DNA of 63,713 nt, the filler included, from Pelomyxa schiedti (Eukaryota > Protista > Evosea): the NCBI GenBank assembly GCA_020536535.1. It is 8 parts of 8 records of this genome, joined end to end, with 100 filler letters (N's around TTAATTAATTAA, not from the genome) between each part and the next. Parts side by side here need not be neighbours in the genome. Positions count along the whole stretch, not along the records: positions 47,840 to 51,038 come from JAHLWZ010001801.1; positions 51,139 to 63,713 come from JAHLWZ010000773.1; 6 more parts are not named here. One strand, given 5' to 3'. The notes under the pieces are model-generated. The model had not been told where the DNA came from. It ran no database searches and was given only the letters and a program-made list of their open reading frames with translations. Of this stretch, positions 47,740 through 61,700 are shown piece by piece. How positions within the stretch are numbered: position 1 is the first letter of the stretch; every line of letters starts with the position of its first letter. A program made the position numbers and the translations under genes.

Positions 47740-48705
47740 NNNNNNNNNNNNNNNNNNNNNNNNNNNNNNNNNNNNNNNNNNNNTTAATTAATTAANNNNN
47801 NNNNNNNNNNNNNNNNNNNNNNNNNNNNNNNNNNNNNNNAACTCTACTAACACTCATCATCATCCTAACCCACCAAGTTGTGTTGCTTTTAGACCAGTTT
47901 GCCGCGACGCAGAAGCTAAGGCAGATAGAACTTTATGTTTTATGACCAGTTTTTGCACAAAACGCAAGCTTTGGCAGCATTAAGAGCACTCAATTGGTTG
48001 GCTGTTTGGTGCTGCTGTGTCTTGTTGGGGTGACCAGTTTTCTCTTCCTCTTTGCTGTGGCTTGCTGGTATCACCTTAACACTATTGTTGCGGCAATAAA
48101 GGCTCATTCTATCTTCGAGATAAGGGTTGCTTGCTTTGGGGATGTGTACACACACTGAGGGAGCCCACAACACACAACAGGTCTGCTCTGTCTGTCGGAA
48201 TCTCCTAAGGTATCCTCTTCAGTTCTTTCACCGTCTCACTTCAATACAGGTCAGTTGGGATAACTCTTGCCAATTGGGAGGATGAAGCAAATCACTCCTG
48301 GAAACACCAACCCTCAGGAGTTCAATGTCTCGGCTGTGCAGTGAGAATTCCATGAAATCAGGGTGGCTTTAAGTAACACAACACTGTCACCTTCACACCT
48401 GATTTGATTTGATCAGTAAGAGAAAAAACCTCGCTCGTGGGAACAGGCCATTTTTTGAAGATTATTCTGTAATTTTTATCCGTTAATTACTTAGAACTCA
48501 AGGTGTTGCGGGATGGCAGAGTAGTTCCCCTGCATAAACACAAAGATTCAAAAAACAAACAAAACAAAGAGGTCAACACCACACGTTTAAACAACAACCG
48601 GAAGATCTTCAACGCACAAATGGACACAACAAGGGCCTCCCAGCGACCACCCCTCCTGGATCTCCTGTTTGCACACAGCATCCCTCGAGGAAAGGCAGGG
48701 AATAC

Positions 48706-50830
48706 TTGAGTCAACCAGGTGTCACCATTAACGTGCCCCTTTCGCTTCTTTTTTCGATTCGTTCCCCTTGTTGTTTCCTTAAAGCAAAAATCCAATCGCG
48801 CGAAGCAACACGCACTAGATACAGGCCATTAATACCAACAACAAAAGGACGTGTGAACCACGGTATCGCAACAGTCAGGTTATCCCAAGCCGACACACAA
48901 CGAGCACTTGCACAGACACTGGTTTACGCGAGCCATAATACCGGCCGACCGCTTCGCATCAGCGCCAAGGTTCACGGCCACGCCCACCAAGCAGTTTTGG
49001 GGTCGTCAGATGCCGGTGGCGGCGAGGAGCTGGAGACCCACGCCGACGACTCAGAGGGAGAGAGCGGTGACGACGGGAGTGAGGATGATCACAAGGAAAG
49101 CGATGCTGAGGAGGAAGAGGTGATGGTACCAAAGCAGCAGTCTATCATTGGCAAAAGCTGCGTCACTAATGCACCTAAGCAACCAACAGCCAATGGTGGT
49201 GCAATTGAAGCCTCTGCTGTTGCTTGTCCTCTGCCAGATGTTGTTGTGCTTCCTCAGTCTACGCATCCAACAAATGCAGTTGAGCAATTGAACTGCTGGC
49301 CGAAAGAAACTCTCTCTTACGATCAAAGCCGGTCTATTGGAACCGGAACAATGGGATTGGTGTACAAAGGCACGTATCTCACATGACTACAAACTAATAT
49401 TTCTTTCTTGTTTTCTTTCTTGTCTGGCCCCAACAGGAACCCTTCGGTTTTTGAGAAAGAAGGAGATAGCCATCAAAGTAATGGATAAGAATAATGACTG
49501 CACGGAAGATGAAGTCGTCAAGATGGCAGTGATTCTTCAGTGAGCTTAATTCTTCCCAATTTTTTCACGATTTTTGACCCAACAATATAGAAATTCCGGA
49601 ACTCACGCAAACGTACTAAAATTCTTGGGTCTGATTCTATGGTCAATGACCTTATATATTATCTTATCTTTTTTACAGGAGTTTGTCTAGAGACACCAGA
49701 AGTCATACTTATGTTTATGAACTTATGAAGTGTAATCTGGACACAATTTTGTACCGTAAGGAACGCATACCAGCCGAACTGCAGGATCAGGCTCAGCTCA
49801 CTTACAAACGGAAATTACAATTGTCTGCTGGGATGGTACGATCTACAAGCTGAAAGAAACAAAACCTTTATAATCTCCTCACACACAGCTTCATGGACTG
49901 GATTATTTGCATGACCAGTCAATAATCCACTGGTGGATATGTTACTGTAACACAAAAAATCAAGTGACCCACCTTCTTTGTGCAGCAACCTGAAGCCTGG
50001 CAATTGCCTGATTTCCGCTCGTTTCACCTTGAAGGTTTTGTTTGAACTTGCAACATGTTACATTTTGCTCACTTTCTCCTTCCTCAAAAAGATCAGTGAT
50101 TTTGGATGTGGTTTCAGTTTTTATTGAAATCAAGCACTTTTCAGCTCTGTAAATTGTGTGGTGGAGGTACCTTTCCTAGTTTTAAACTTGCCAACTGCTG
50201 ATGAAAAGTGTGACAGGGAGATGGGCCCCAGAGGTGCTAGCAACCGGAAAGTTTTCCTTCCCGTCTGACGTGTAAGGGCTATTTGGCTATTGTGGTTTTA
50301 TTCTAATAACAAAAGGTTTGATGCCGGTCGAGTTATCATTCAAATACTTACAGAAGAACCATTACACCAAGACCCGGTTCTGTCCATACCTACCCGTATT
50401 GCAAGTAGCGGAGGTCCGGCGGTGGCCACTGATATATATATATCAATAAATATATATATACACCCAAATTAACAACATGTTTCAGAAACAGTTATTGACC
50501 TCATGCTTGGACCCAGACCCTTCTAAAGTGTGCCTTCATTCACATTGCACTTACTTCCCATCACTGACCCAATTGTTATTGCAGAGACCCAGCTGTGCGG
50601 CTGCTCTTGCCACAATTGAGAGGCTCTTGGCCAATTGCAATAGAACAACAATAACCTCCTCAATAGCCACAACAACCACAGCGGTCTTCTTCTTCTGGTG
50701 TGCCTCTATTCCTGTATCACCTCCACAACAGCCACAATCGTTTAAAAGCTTATTGTACATTTTTCCACATCGAAATACCGAAAAAAGCCCAAACGATATC
50801 ATAAATACGGTAAAAACCAAGTTGATCTGA
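48706..50830 (+). CDS. TKL-like protein kinase domain protein, probable pseudokinase (multi-exon)
   Basis: IGTGTMGLVYKG, IAIK, GLDYLH..IIH(C)NLKPGNCL, ISDFG, MAPEVL..SDV, LLTSCLDPDPSK|RPS. Confidence 0.8.
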
Positions 50831-52091
50831 GCCCTGATGATGAGCCATCATGGTTTCTCCACCAATCCAGGTGGAATGATCTATTCCTACCAAAACTATT
50901 CGGCATCCAAGGATGTGCAAGCCCACAAAATTTCATACATCGCATTATGGCAAAAGGCTGTGCAGTCTTGACAAGAATTTCACCATTGTGGCACAGAAGA
51001 AGTCAACATCAGAGAGAGCTGCATTAGTGAACACAAGGNNNNNNNNNNNNNNNNNNNNNNNNNNNNNNNNNNNNNNNNNNNNTTAATTAATTAANNNNNN
51101 NNNNNNNNNNNNNNNNNNNNNNNNNNNNNNNNNNNNNNCACCAGTTTTTACGCCGCTTTCAACCTGTATTAGAAGTCTCCGCTTTCCGCCAGTATGTATG
51201 TGGCTTCTTCTTTCTTCGTTTTCTCACGTAGCATAATTTAGGTGCCGGACGTGGTGGCTAGGTTTTTCTTATACTGGCACAGTGGTATGTAGCTTTTTTT
51301 TTTACAGCTGCGCCAGCTGCCCTCGTCATCCCACTCAAAGTACTAGGTACCAGACTGGGCACCAGGCCGAATTCCTCACACTCACTCTCACCATCCTCAC
51401 CTCACACTTCTATGTGCAAGCCTGAAGTCGAAAATCGACTTCAGGCAAAAAAAAAAGTTTTCTGCCCTTAAGTCCTTGGATAAAAAATCGTGCCACCTTT
51501 TTTTTAAATCCACATTTTGGAGAGAAGTGGGCGTTGTGGGTACGCATGAGAGTGAAAGAGTAAGAAGGGAAATTTGGGCCTGGTTGTGCACCCGTCACAG
51601 TAAAGTGTGGTAGTTGAAAGCGGAAAAGCGGGAGAGTGGGTTAGGGAAGTTGGGGTTGGTCAGTCCGGTACCTACAACTGTTCAGCAATGACAAAAAAGG
51701 AGAAGGATGTACGTCGGTGGTTGTCATGTCAGCAGCGGCAGGCAAGTTGACCACCTAAGTGTAAAGCATACCAGTGTCCCAGTGCTGAAAGAACAGCTGG
51801 AATTTACTTTGCCCGCTGGAATGATAGTTATCTACTATGGGAAAAAGAAAACAAAGAAACAAGAAGCCACATACCAGTGGAAGGCTCGGAAATACATTAA
51901 AGGGGTGCGGCAATGCTGTAGACCTTATTACCTTATTACAAGGCGTAAATGCGTAATTAAATTAATAATAAATAATTAATTAATAAATATATATTAAATA
52001 TTTAATAGATATATAAATTAATTTAATTGATTCAGAAATAAAACAATTAATATTAGATGGAACGACGTTATGGAAGAGACAAGGCGGGTAC

Positions 52092-52396
52092 CGCTTGTTC
52101 CTCTTCACCCCAGGGCGGCATGGTCTCCCCTCGTAGCAGTGATTTTTTGATGATAGTGGAGATAAACAAAGAGGCAAGTCACTGCACCCTCTCCACAACC
52201 CCAAACATGCCATTTATGTCAAGGCCGCGCAGCCGCGGCGAGACCCGATTCAACGAACACACACGCCGCGCTGCCGCCGCGGCGCCGCGGCAACCGCCCC
52301 GCGGCACAAAACATCAACAATTCCCGGCAAAATCGGGCCGCTTCACCCTGCCTTGCTCACTAAAAAATTCTGTTTTTCTCATTTGACTCGCCCCCC
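52092..52396. repeat. ~300-bp dispersed repeat, copy 2
   Basis: Homologous to 41475-41770. Confidence 0.85.
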
Positions 52397-52442
52397 GGTG
52401 TAGTGCTGGGAAAAAAATAGTGATGGAAGGACAGGACTAGTG

Positions 52443-53678
52443 TCAATCAAAAAACTCTAAGTAGACGTTTGGATCAAAGTCGACAGGAAAGTCACCAAGG
52501 TGGAAGCCTGTTGTGCCGTCATGCACCGCGATTTGGATTTCAGGACTGTCACTGTGTGCTGGAGTGGATGCAATGAGGCCTGATGTTTGTTTGCTGGTGC
52601 CTGCCCAAGTGCATGGAACGGAAAGTGATGGTGCAGAGAGGAGGTTTCCGGTGTGGTAAACGTGGAACTTCTTGAGGTGGGAAAAGCACCAGACGAGGGC
52701 GTGACTCCTGCTGATTGGTTCCACATCGGAGGAGAACGGTGGGAATTGGTACTGCTCGCCAGTTGTGCTCGACGCAAGGGTGAAGGGGTTTGCACGCAGT
52801 GTGGCCATTGAACCGTCAGGCATCCACATTACACCCAGTGGCCAGTGCTCACGACAAGGAGCCTTAAATTTGAAAACCAGCCCCCTTTCATTGAAGCTTT
52901 CCTTCAGGTCGATCAATGCAACTGAACCAGGTTTTGTGCCTGTACCACCAGCCAGCATCATTAGAACATCATCACACCAGGGGGCAAACTGAATGGTACT
53001 CACTGGGTCAATGCCGCCGATGAACCGAATGCCCATTTTGGCTATGGCACCATCAACAACTTTTGTAAGCAGAAGGTCTGGCCCCTTCCTGTCAAATGCC
53101 ACAATCCACTTCCAGTTGCACTTGACATTCACAGGAAATCCCTGAGAGAAGAGCTTTGGAGGAGGACCACGCGAGGACAGGAGGTCCACAGCAAAGAAAT
53201 GCTCCTTTGTCTCGGCAGCAGTGCTCTTGAACCTGCCACACAGAATCCTGCCCAGGCCCAAGCAGCCCACCACTTCCCCAAACCCAGAGCAAGAGAAGCA
53301 ATGCGCGGTGACAACGCCCAGTGTGTGCGACACACTCACGTACAAGTGAGTCGTCAGATCCTTCTCGCCCTTGTTTGTGCTTCCTCCTCCCCTGCACTCC
53401 TCCTTCAGCTTTGACATGTCAAACAGAGCGTCCCTTTCCGCCCTGAGCACCCACCGGTCGGCCAGCATCCGGACCAGAGGGGGAGACCGGGCCCACGCGA
53501 CCATCGATGGTGGGCAGTGGGAGCCCGACCACCTCACGACGCCGGCGCAGCAGACGGCCATCGCTTGCGACTTGGCTGTCGTCGCATTGGAGCGGGAAAT
53601 TAGCTGCGGTGGCGAATGTGGTGGTTGTTCTGGTTCTGGTTGTTGTCGACCAGAATACGACTCCAGCGCTCCTCCCAT
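52443..53678 (-). CDS. tandem paralog family protein A
   Basis: 411-aa ORF: AKSQAMAVCC, VSVSHTLGVV, CNWKWIV, VHDGTTGFHLG. Confidence 0.85.
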   Translation of the reverse strand: MGGALESYSGRQQPEPEQPPHSPPQLISRSNATTAKSQAMAVCCAGVVRWSGSHCPPSMVAWARSPPLVRMLADRWVLRAERDALFDMSKLKEECRGGGSTNKGEKDLTTHLYVSVSHTLGVVTAHCFSCSGFGEVVGCLGLGRILCGRFKSTAAETKEHFFAVDLLSSRGPPPKLFSQGFPVNVKCNWKWIVAFDRKGPDLLLTKVVDGAIAKMGIRFIGGIDPVSTIQFAPWCDDVLMMLAGGTGTKPGSVALIDLKESFNERGLVFKFKAPCREHWPLGVMWMPDGSMATLRANPFTLASSTTGEQYQFPPFSSDVEPISRSHALVWCFSHLKKFHVYHTGNLLSAPSLSVPCTWAGTSKQTSGLIASTPAHSDSPEIQIAVHDGTTGFHLGDFPVDFDPNVYLEFFD

Positions 53679-54142
53679 TGTGATGTGACTACGAAAATGC
53701 CAGATCTTGAGTCCGTGATGTACTTAGCAAATACCGTTTGAACATGATGCCTGAGTGCACTCTGATCCCACATCACCCAGTCGGTGTGGTTTGCTTTCGT
53801 TTTCAAAAAAAAAAAAGAGTGTCAATGGCAAACACCCCCAGAACTCAGGACATGGCTGTGGCGCGGCGTTGCTGTACTTTTTTGCAAACCACTGAGTTAT
53901 CATGCATCCACAGGTTCTTCACTTTTTCTTTTCGAACACAGGTGCTTCACATCGGTGCTATTAGCTCTGGCCTGAGGTCGCTTTTGAGGTAGCCACGATC
54001 ATCGCGTGTCTGGCCGACGGGTACACAACCCTCACTAGTCAGCTGACCTGTGCGTGTCCAGAATATTTAATTAGTTGTGGATGTGGTTGGTTGGGGTGTG
54101 TTGCGCGATACACACTCACACTTGGTGCTATCAAATCTAGTG

Positions 54143-55383
54143 TCAATCAAACTCTAAGTAGATTTTTGGATCAAAGTCGACAGGAAAGTCACCAAGGTGG
54201 AATCCTGTTGTGCCGTCATGCACCGCGATTTGGATTTCAGGACTGTCACTGTGTGCTGGAGTGGATGCAATGAGGCCTGATGTTTGTTTGCTGGTGCCTG
54301 CCCAAGTGCATGGAACGGAAAGTGATGGTGCAGAGAGGAGGTTTCCGGTGTGGTAAACGTGGAACTTCTTGAGGTGGGAAAAGCACCAGACGAGGGCGTG
54401 ACTCCTGCTGATTGGTTCCACATCGGAGGAGAACGGTGGGAATTGGTACTGCTCGCCAGTTGTGCTTGACGCAAGGGTGAAGGGGTTTGCGCGCTTCAGT
54501 GTGGCCATTGAACCGTCAGGCATCCACATGACACCACCCAGTGGCCATTGCTCACGACAAGGAGCCTTAAATGTGAAAACCAGCCCATTTTCATTGACGG
54601 TTTCGTTTAGGTCCACCAATGCCACGGAACGAGGTTTTTTGCCTAGACCGGTCAGTACAATGAGAACATCATCACACCAGGGTGCAAACTGAATGGTACT
54701 CATTGGGTGAATGCCGCCGATGAACTCAATGCCTGGTGGAACAGGGGCACCATCAACAACTTTCAGAACAAAAAGCCCTGGTCCCGTCCTGTCAAATGCC
54801 ACAATCCACTTCCAGTTGCACTTGACATTCACAGGAAGTCCCTGAGAGGGGAGCTTTAGAAGAGGACCACGCGGGGACTGGAGTTGCACAGCAAAGAAAT
54901 GCTCCCTCGTCCCGGCAGCAGTGCTCTTGAACCGACCGCACAGAAGCCTGTTCGGGCCCAAACAGCCCACCACTTCCCCAAACCCAGAACAAGAGAAGCA
55001 ATGCGCGGTTACAACGCCCAGGGTGTGCGACACACTCACGTACAAGTGAGTCCTCAGCCCCTTGTCTTTGCTTCCATCGCCTCCGCCGCCCCTGCACTCC
55101 TCCCTCAGCTTTGACATGTCGAACAGGGCGTCCCTGTCTGCCCTGAGCACCCATCGGTCGGCCAGCATCCGGACCAGAGGGGGAGACCGGGCCCACGCGA
55201 CCATCGATGGTGGGCAGTGGGTGCCCGACCACCTGGTGACTACGCCGGCGCAGCAAACGGCCATCGCTTGCGACTTGGCTGTCGTCGCATTGGAGCGCGA
55301 AATGAGTGGGGGCGGTGGCGAATTTGTTCTGGTTCTGGTGGTTGTTGTTGTCGTCCAGAGTACGTCTCCGGCACTCCTCCCAT
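54143..55383 (-). CDS. tandem paralog family protein B (frameshift near 5' end, or downstream start at 55264)
   Basis: Paralog of A. The ATG at 55383 is out of frame with the body because of an indel near 55322. Confidence 0.7.
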
Positions 55384-55421
55384 TGTGATGCGATAAGATT
55401 GTTCAAGGAAGCCGATATTCA

Positions 55422-55509
55422 GAATAAAATAATCAACAGACCGGAACGCCGTCATTTTCGTTATCGTCGCTCAGTCTCGGCGGTCTGGTGTTGATTTTTT
55501 ATTCAGCCA
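55422..55509 (-). mobile_element. ~90-bp palindromic dispersed element (reverse orientation, one TIR truncated)
   Basis: GAATAAAATAATCAACAGACCGGAACG...CGTTATCGTCGCTCAG...TTTTATTCAGCCA. Confidence 0.75.
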
Positions 55510-55623
55510 ATTGGTGGTCCTATCCGAACACTAACAACATCCAGAACGTAATACTTGAAAGACTGATCTCGTTTTTCTTCTCTGGCTTTGTTGTGGATTC
55601 CCTCAATATTTCTCCCTTCTTCT

Positions 55624-56849
55624 CTAGAGACTCATGCACCACACTGTGTGATTGGGCACATAAAAATGTGAGTTCAGATAGAAGTCCCCAATCTTGAATC
55701 CTGTGACACCATCGTGCACAAGGAATGGTGCCTCGTTGCAATGGTTATCCTTGAGTAGCCTGTGCGTTGTTGATACAATGAGGCCTGATCCTCCGTGTGG
55801 ACATGCCCACGTACCCGGAACACAAAACGTGGGTGTTGCCAAGTCGCTGGTGTGGTAGACTTCGAATTTCTGGTCATCCATTTCCTGTGAAACAACGAGG
55901 GCGTGGCACTTCCCAATTGGAGTGACATCGCCAGTACCCTCTCTGAATTCATGGCTGTCCCCAGTTGTGCATTCAACAAGGTAAAATGGCTTGGACTTGT
56001 GGGAGTTCACAGTGGCCATTGACCCGTCAGGCATCTGCAGCACACCAAGCGGAAATTTCTTTGCTCTGCAAGGAAACTTCGATACGATCACCAACTCACG
56101 TGATCTGAAGCTGGCAGCCAAGTCAATGCAGAAAATGGAAGCAGGTATGCTCCCCACCCCAAAGGTCACAATTACGGTATCGTCACACAGGGGTGAGAAC
56201 TCAATGACATCAACGGTTTTTCCCTCCAAATCACTGAAACAAAGCCCCGGTTCAACCACGGCTCCATCCACAACTTTCCAAACGTGGATCATACCGTGCT
56301 TCTCACACAAAATCCAATGCCGATTACACCTGACCCAACCATAGTGCACTGTAAAAACAGCAGGAACAGAACAACTTTCCAGTGGTGGTTCTGGTGGCAC
56401 ACCCATAATGCAGTAACTATCTTTTTCGTCGGCCATGTTCCGGAGCGCAAGAAGAAGCTTTCCGTCGCCCACGCACCCAACTACGTCGTAGTGCGGCCAA
56501 GAGAAGCAACACTGACTGACAACCCCCAGTGTTGGTGACACGCTGACATACAAGTAGTGCTGTATAAATTCAACCCCGGTTTCGTTGCTTTCAACCGGAA
56601 GCCGAAACACGGCATCATGGGATGGCCAGAGGACCCACTCATCTGCCCACGCCCTGATCGTCGACGCGGACCGAGCCCACGCCACCATCGACGGCGGGCA
56701 GCATTGGCCTCCGGTCCCGCAATTGCAGCACCTCTCGATCGCCGCGCAACAAACTGCCATCGCCTGTGACTTGGCTGTTGTGTAATTTGCCTGTGTAACC
56801 ATCTCATCGTGGGGTTGGCGTGACGCTAGTGCGTGCGATGCTGCCATCC
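55624..56849 (-). CDS. tandem paralog family protein C (more diverged)
   Basis: AKSQAMAVCC, VSVSPTLGVV, CNRHWIL, MPDGSMAT, VHDGVTGF. Confidence 0.85.
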
Positions 56850-57025
56850 CGCAGCACAAAAACCTTGAATGAAACACTTGCTTCCTGTAACGATCATGAT
56901 CTTACGTTGAGTTCTTTTTGTTGTTTGTGTGTTTTGGTTTGTACTCTTGACATGGCGGTTTATTTGGGTGGCGGCGGTGATGAGTGATGCTACCGTGCGG
57001 GCGTGTCGATGCGGTGTTTGTTTGC

Positions 57026-58197
57026 TCATGACTTGAGGGTGATGGAGTCTGGCTCCGGGTCCTCCTCCAGCTGCACGTGGGACGTTGATGATGACGGGAC
57101 TGGGGCCTCGGCGTCGCCTTCCTCCTTGTCGGCAACGCGGCTGGTGGCAAAGACCATCTGGAGAAGAGCCCCTCCCGCGCCGCCAAGGAAGTCACCTGTG
57201 TGTGTGTGTGTGTGGGTGGGTGCGGGTGAGTTTGCGGTTTTAAAGTGTAGTGTTGTGGGCCATACCAAGGTAGTAGACCCATGACCGCTCAAAGTTCATG
57301 GAGACGATATTGGCACCAAAAACTCTTGCAGGGCTTGATTATTATATATTAGAGACAGGGTTATAAGCGCAAAGGAAAGCTTACTTGAATGCACCACCAG
57401 ATACAGATGAGCCCACAAAACAGAGGAATCCAAGAGTAAAGCCGATGGCCAGCGGAGCAAAGCCGGCTTTGCTGTTTGCACTAACAGCATAGATTGTCTG
57501 TAGTAATGGATTGGCATGAAGTCAAAGAAAGAAATGAAAACAAACCAGGTTCTGTGCCACCATTTTGCGTTTTCCCGTGTCTATAACACGTGGCTTGTCT
57601 GTGCCGGCGGACTCAAAAGCAGTTGCAAATATAACATACACAAGAATGAAGGTCATGATGAATTCGACTATGAACGCGCTCCAATTGCTTACATCGTCCG
57701 CTGGTTGAATCAGGAGATTCTCACTCTTGAAGCTTGGGAATACTTTGCTGTGAATTAACAAGATGGCGAGGGTGGCCCCAGCAAATTGGGCAATCATATA
57801 GAAAACTCCTTTAAGGATAGAAGTTTTCCGTCTCACAATAGTGCCCAATGTTACGGCAGGGTTGAAGTGAGCACCTTTTTGACACTGTTAAAATGATAGT
57901 TTTGGGAATTGGATGCACACCAGACACATCAGCAAAGCTGTAGATAAGTGCTACAGCGCAGAAGCCTGTTGACAACGCGCCGGCAGTAGGGTCAGAGATT
58001 CCCAGGCGAGACAAGTTGGCACCGGTAGCACAAACGGAGAAAATGAATAAAAAGGTGACGGTCAATTCGCCAAATACAGCTCGGGTTGTCACAATGAGCG
58101 GAGACGCGCCCATCCTCCGCACGCTCGACCGCACCCCGTCGTCGCGCGTTCGTGTTCCGAGTGATGAAGAGGAGCCGCCCATCCCCTCCTTCATCAT
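57026..58197 (-). CDS. aquaporin / MIP channel (multi-exon)
   Basis: SG|AHFNPAVT, YMIAQFAGA, FIVEFIMTFILVYVIF, APLAIGF, SGGAFN|PARVFG. Confidence 0.95.
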
Positions 58198-58749
58198 TTC
58201 CCAGTCGCTACCAAGAACGACTCGTTTAACCTTTGTGTGCGATCAACCCAAGCTCCCAAAAAAAGAAAAAAAAAAAAAACGAGAAAATGTGCGGTAGCAA
58301 ACGCGACAGGAAAAAACAGGGACATACAGTCTCCTTCCAATCGCCCATGGGTTCTCGTTCCGCACCACCTCTTGGTTACGCGAGTTTGTTTTTTTTTATT
58401 TTTGGTCCTTCTAGATCCCCGCTTCTCCATCTCCGCCCGGGGAATCAATTTCGGCTAACGATGGAATTCCTCGATGTGCTTAGTCATGCTGTGGTTTTAC
58501 GACCGACATGTCAATTAAAAATTGGCTCCCTCCCGCCAACTCAAAACCCTCGGTCGATCACAAAACAAATTCAAACAAGAAAGAACGAGAACAAATCGAG
58601 CTGCGCACGAGGAAACGTATTGCGTACACGTAGATGGAACAAGATCGGGAAACGCGTTACCAAGGTACTGCCGCGCAGATCTGGTGTTGTGTAGTGATCG
58701 TTCTCCTTTTTCTGCTGCTTTGTTTCTTTTTCTTTTCTCACCGCAGTAG

Positions 58750-61700
58750 ATGCTGCGAAAGTGCGAGCAACGGAAGACTCTTACGTAAGGGCTGTTGCTG
58801 ACCAAGCAAAGGATGAGAACACGCAGGACGAGAAACAAGACGACCCGACCGCCGTTGAACGACCGCTCACATTACCACCGACTTCCGAGTTGATCCAACC
58901 GCGTGGCGTACCCCCTTGTGACTTCTCGATGAGCGAGGCAGAGTTTCATAGGCACCTCTACCTTCGGCAGCTCTATTTAGCACAGACTTTTAACCAGTTG
59001 AATCCGCTCCAAAACGCCTCGTTACCCCAGCCCTCTAGCGGTATGTAAGTTGCGGTAGACACCCTCGATTCACCTTTTGGCAGACGTTGATGAGACGCTG
59101 GCAAACAGGAGAGATGTACCTCATGAAACGCTACTTACTCCAGCCCCGCCTAAGCAGTAATACTATAATATTTATGTCCTATTGTCTCACACACGCAGAA
59201 GAGCTGCTTGGGAGCATAGACCTTGCATTAGATTCAATGGAAATGAGTATCCCGTTGTTTACAGCACTCTACTGGACTCTTTGTATTACAGGGAAGATTT
59301 GGTGTGTGCCTTCTTTGGGGTATCCAATGTAAAGACACAGGTTATTTTTTTTGAAACACTTCGTTTAGTTCTGATGGTGTACTGCAGATTAGATACTGCT
59401 GGGAGGATCCACTAATGCTTAAACTTAGTAAGCACAAAACCTCCTCTCCTTCAATTGGTATGTTGAGTGATTTCACGGAATTACATTCACTTGGTGTTGT
59501 TCCTCCCGGCTGTCATCATGTTGGTACTGTAGTGTGGTTTTTTTCTTTTCCTCTCAACTGGAATCTAGTTTTATTAAGTTTGAGTGGCATTCAAATGTTG
59601 TCATTTAAGTACGAAGATGATAATAAGAAGCATTGGCAGGCCGCTCTCAAAAATGGGATTGTGAACACAATTTCAATGTTGAAAGGGTTGGAAGAACTGC
59701 GCATGTATGTCTTTCCTTGAACCTATTCACACTCATTTCCCATGTAGCGAACATATTTTGCGAGATTATTCCCTGCATAAAGTTATTCTTTTCCCTACCG
59801 AGGGTTTATCACCAAATGTAATATGGAGAAGCAATGCTGATAACGAGGCGTTCCCCTGGCTGCGGAACGATACCCAGGTATCAGATTGACCTGCCGAAAT
59901 AAATTTCTAATTCTTTGCAGATGAAGAAAACAGACACCCCAGTGCAATCCCCTCCCACCTCCGTTCTTGTAGCTGGGACAACAGAAGTACATGCGCCCGC
60001 TTGTGCGGACTTAGTTTGGGCAGCAACACAAAATCCGTCATCAACCCAGACACCACATTTGCATCACCATCATGCACGCCAGTGTGATCACGACAGTCCT
60101 CGCACATTACCAACTTCCACTTCCTCTTCTACTTCAGAACAGCATGGTGACCCCAACACACTCGTAGAACAACAAACAAATGAGGAACAGCCGGAAAAAA
60201 TTCAACAACCAACTGCAGTGACGCCTATTCCTTCTGGTTTGTCTTCTGGGAATTACGCATGTGATTGTGGTCGTGCATTTAAATCGTCGCAGGCAAAAGC
60301 TGGTCATTGCCACTTCTGCCCAGTGCATTTAAGTATGCGAACAACAACCAGAACTAAAAAACTGCATAAGCCAAGGGACCAGACTCTAATTCTAGTAAGC
60401 ACCTACATTTTCCCCTTTGTACTCTAAGTTCCTTTAGGAGTCTGAGAGCCTGAGTGATGAATCCGCCTATCCGACTGAAGCTGTTTTTCCAAGTCTGCTG
60501 TGTAATAAGCCTATTTCCTCCAACGCAGCTCCTCTGCAGACAGACTCCCAGCAGTTTGCAGATGTATATAGTTTCTTTTTCTTTTTCCCGTTTTCTTACC
60601 ATCATTTGTAGACTCAACGGTCTTCAAGTCAAGTTCCAGTGCGGATTGCTTGCAGCGAAAAGGTACTCACTGTTCATTCAAAGTTTGTCTCAAACTAACT
60701 TTCGCAGGAAGGGGAGAAAGTGTACCAATGTGCATGTGGCAAAATTTTTTCTAGCTCACAGTCCAAAGCGGGCCATTGCCATTTTTGCAAGGTTTGGGTT
60801 TTTGCTTCTTGTCCGATACCAACTTTATGCATAGGGTCATATGGGAGCGAAAAGGGCACACGCCTTGTCAGTACAGAGCAGCCCTTCTCCAGAAGAATTA
60901 CCTCTTGCTACACCTCCAAAGAGGTCGAGAGTTGACTTGTACAGTAACGGAGATAACCAAGAACCTCCACTTGAAACATCAGCGCCTTCGCAGGTCCTGC
61001 AGGAAAGCACTCAACCCCAAACAACAGTCCTAGTAGTACCATCCCAACCAGACAGTGATCAGTGTACAAAATCTGCTGTTGAACAAGAGCAAGCTATTTC
61101 ACTGGCGAAGGTGCAACAACAGTTGAAGGAAGCCACCGAGCAGATAGGGTACGCATCCCTCACTTACTCTCCGACTTACAAATTCATAGAACACTTCAGA
61201 AGCGAGTCACTACTACAGAACAAGAGTATATTTCTTTGTGCAAGGAGAATACGTCGTTGACACGAGATAAGGCAATGCTTACTGATACTCTTCAGTCCTT
61301 GTTTAGCATTTCCAAAGGGCTCTCAGAGCAGGTTGTTTTTTTTTTGACCGGACCTACTCTAACGCATAACGTTTAACAGCTCCGCCAAACCAACCACGCC
61401 CAAAAAGCACAGATATCCAGTCTCCCAGCCCCCAACAACAACTCTCACGTGAAGCCAAGTGCTGTAGCCTCAAACTTCCCCATCATAGCACAACCGCCCC
61501 ATAACAGCTCCATTCCATCCCCACTTGGTGCCCTTGCTGCACTGGCCGCTCTTACCGCACAGCCGCCCTTTGCCATAGAGAGGCCCGGTACCAACACCAA
61601 CACCAACAGCAACAACTCCACTTTCACCACAACAACACCAACACCTAACACCACCTCCATTACTACCGCCGCCTCTCCACTAGGTGCCGCCGCCTCCCTC

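Noticed and set aside
51150-51636. Short inverted repeats CCGCTTTCAAC/GTTGAAAGCGG as transposon TIRs
   Set aside because: Too short and adjacent to a contig end, with no TSD or transposase to support it.
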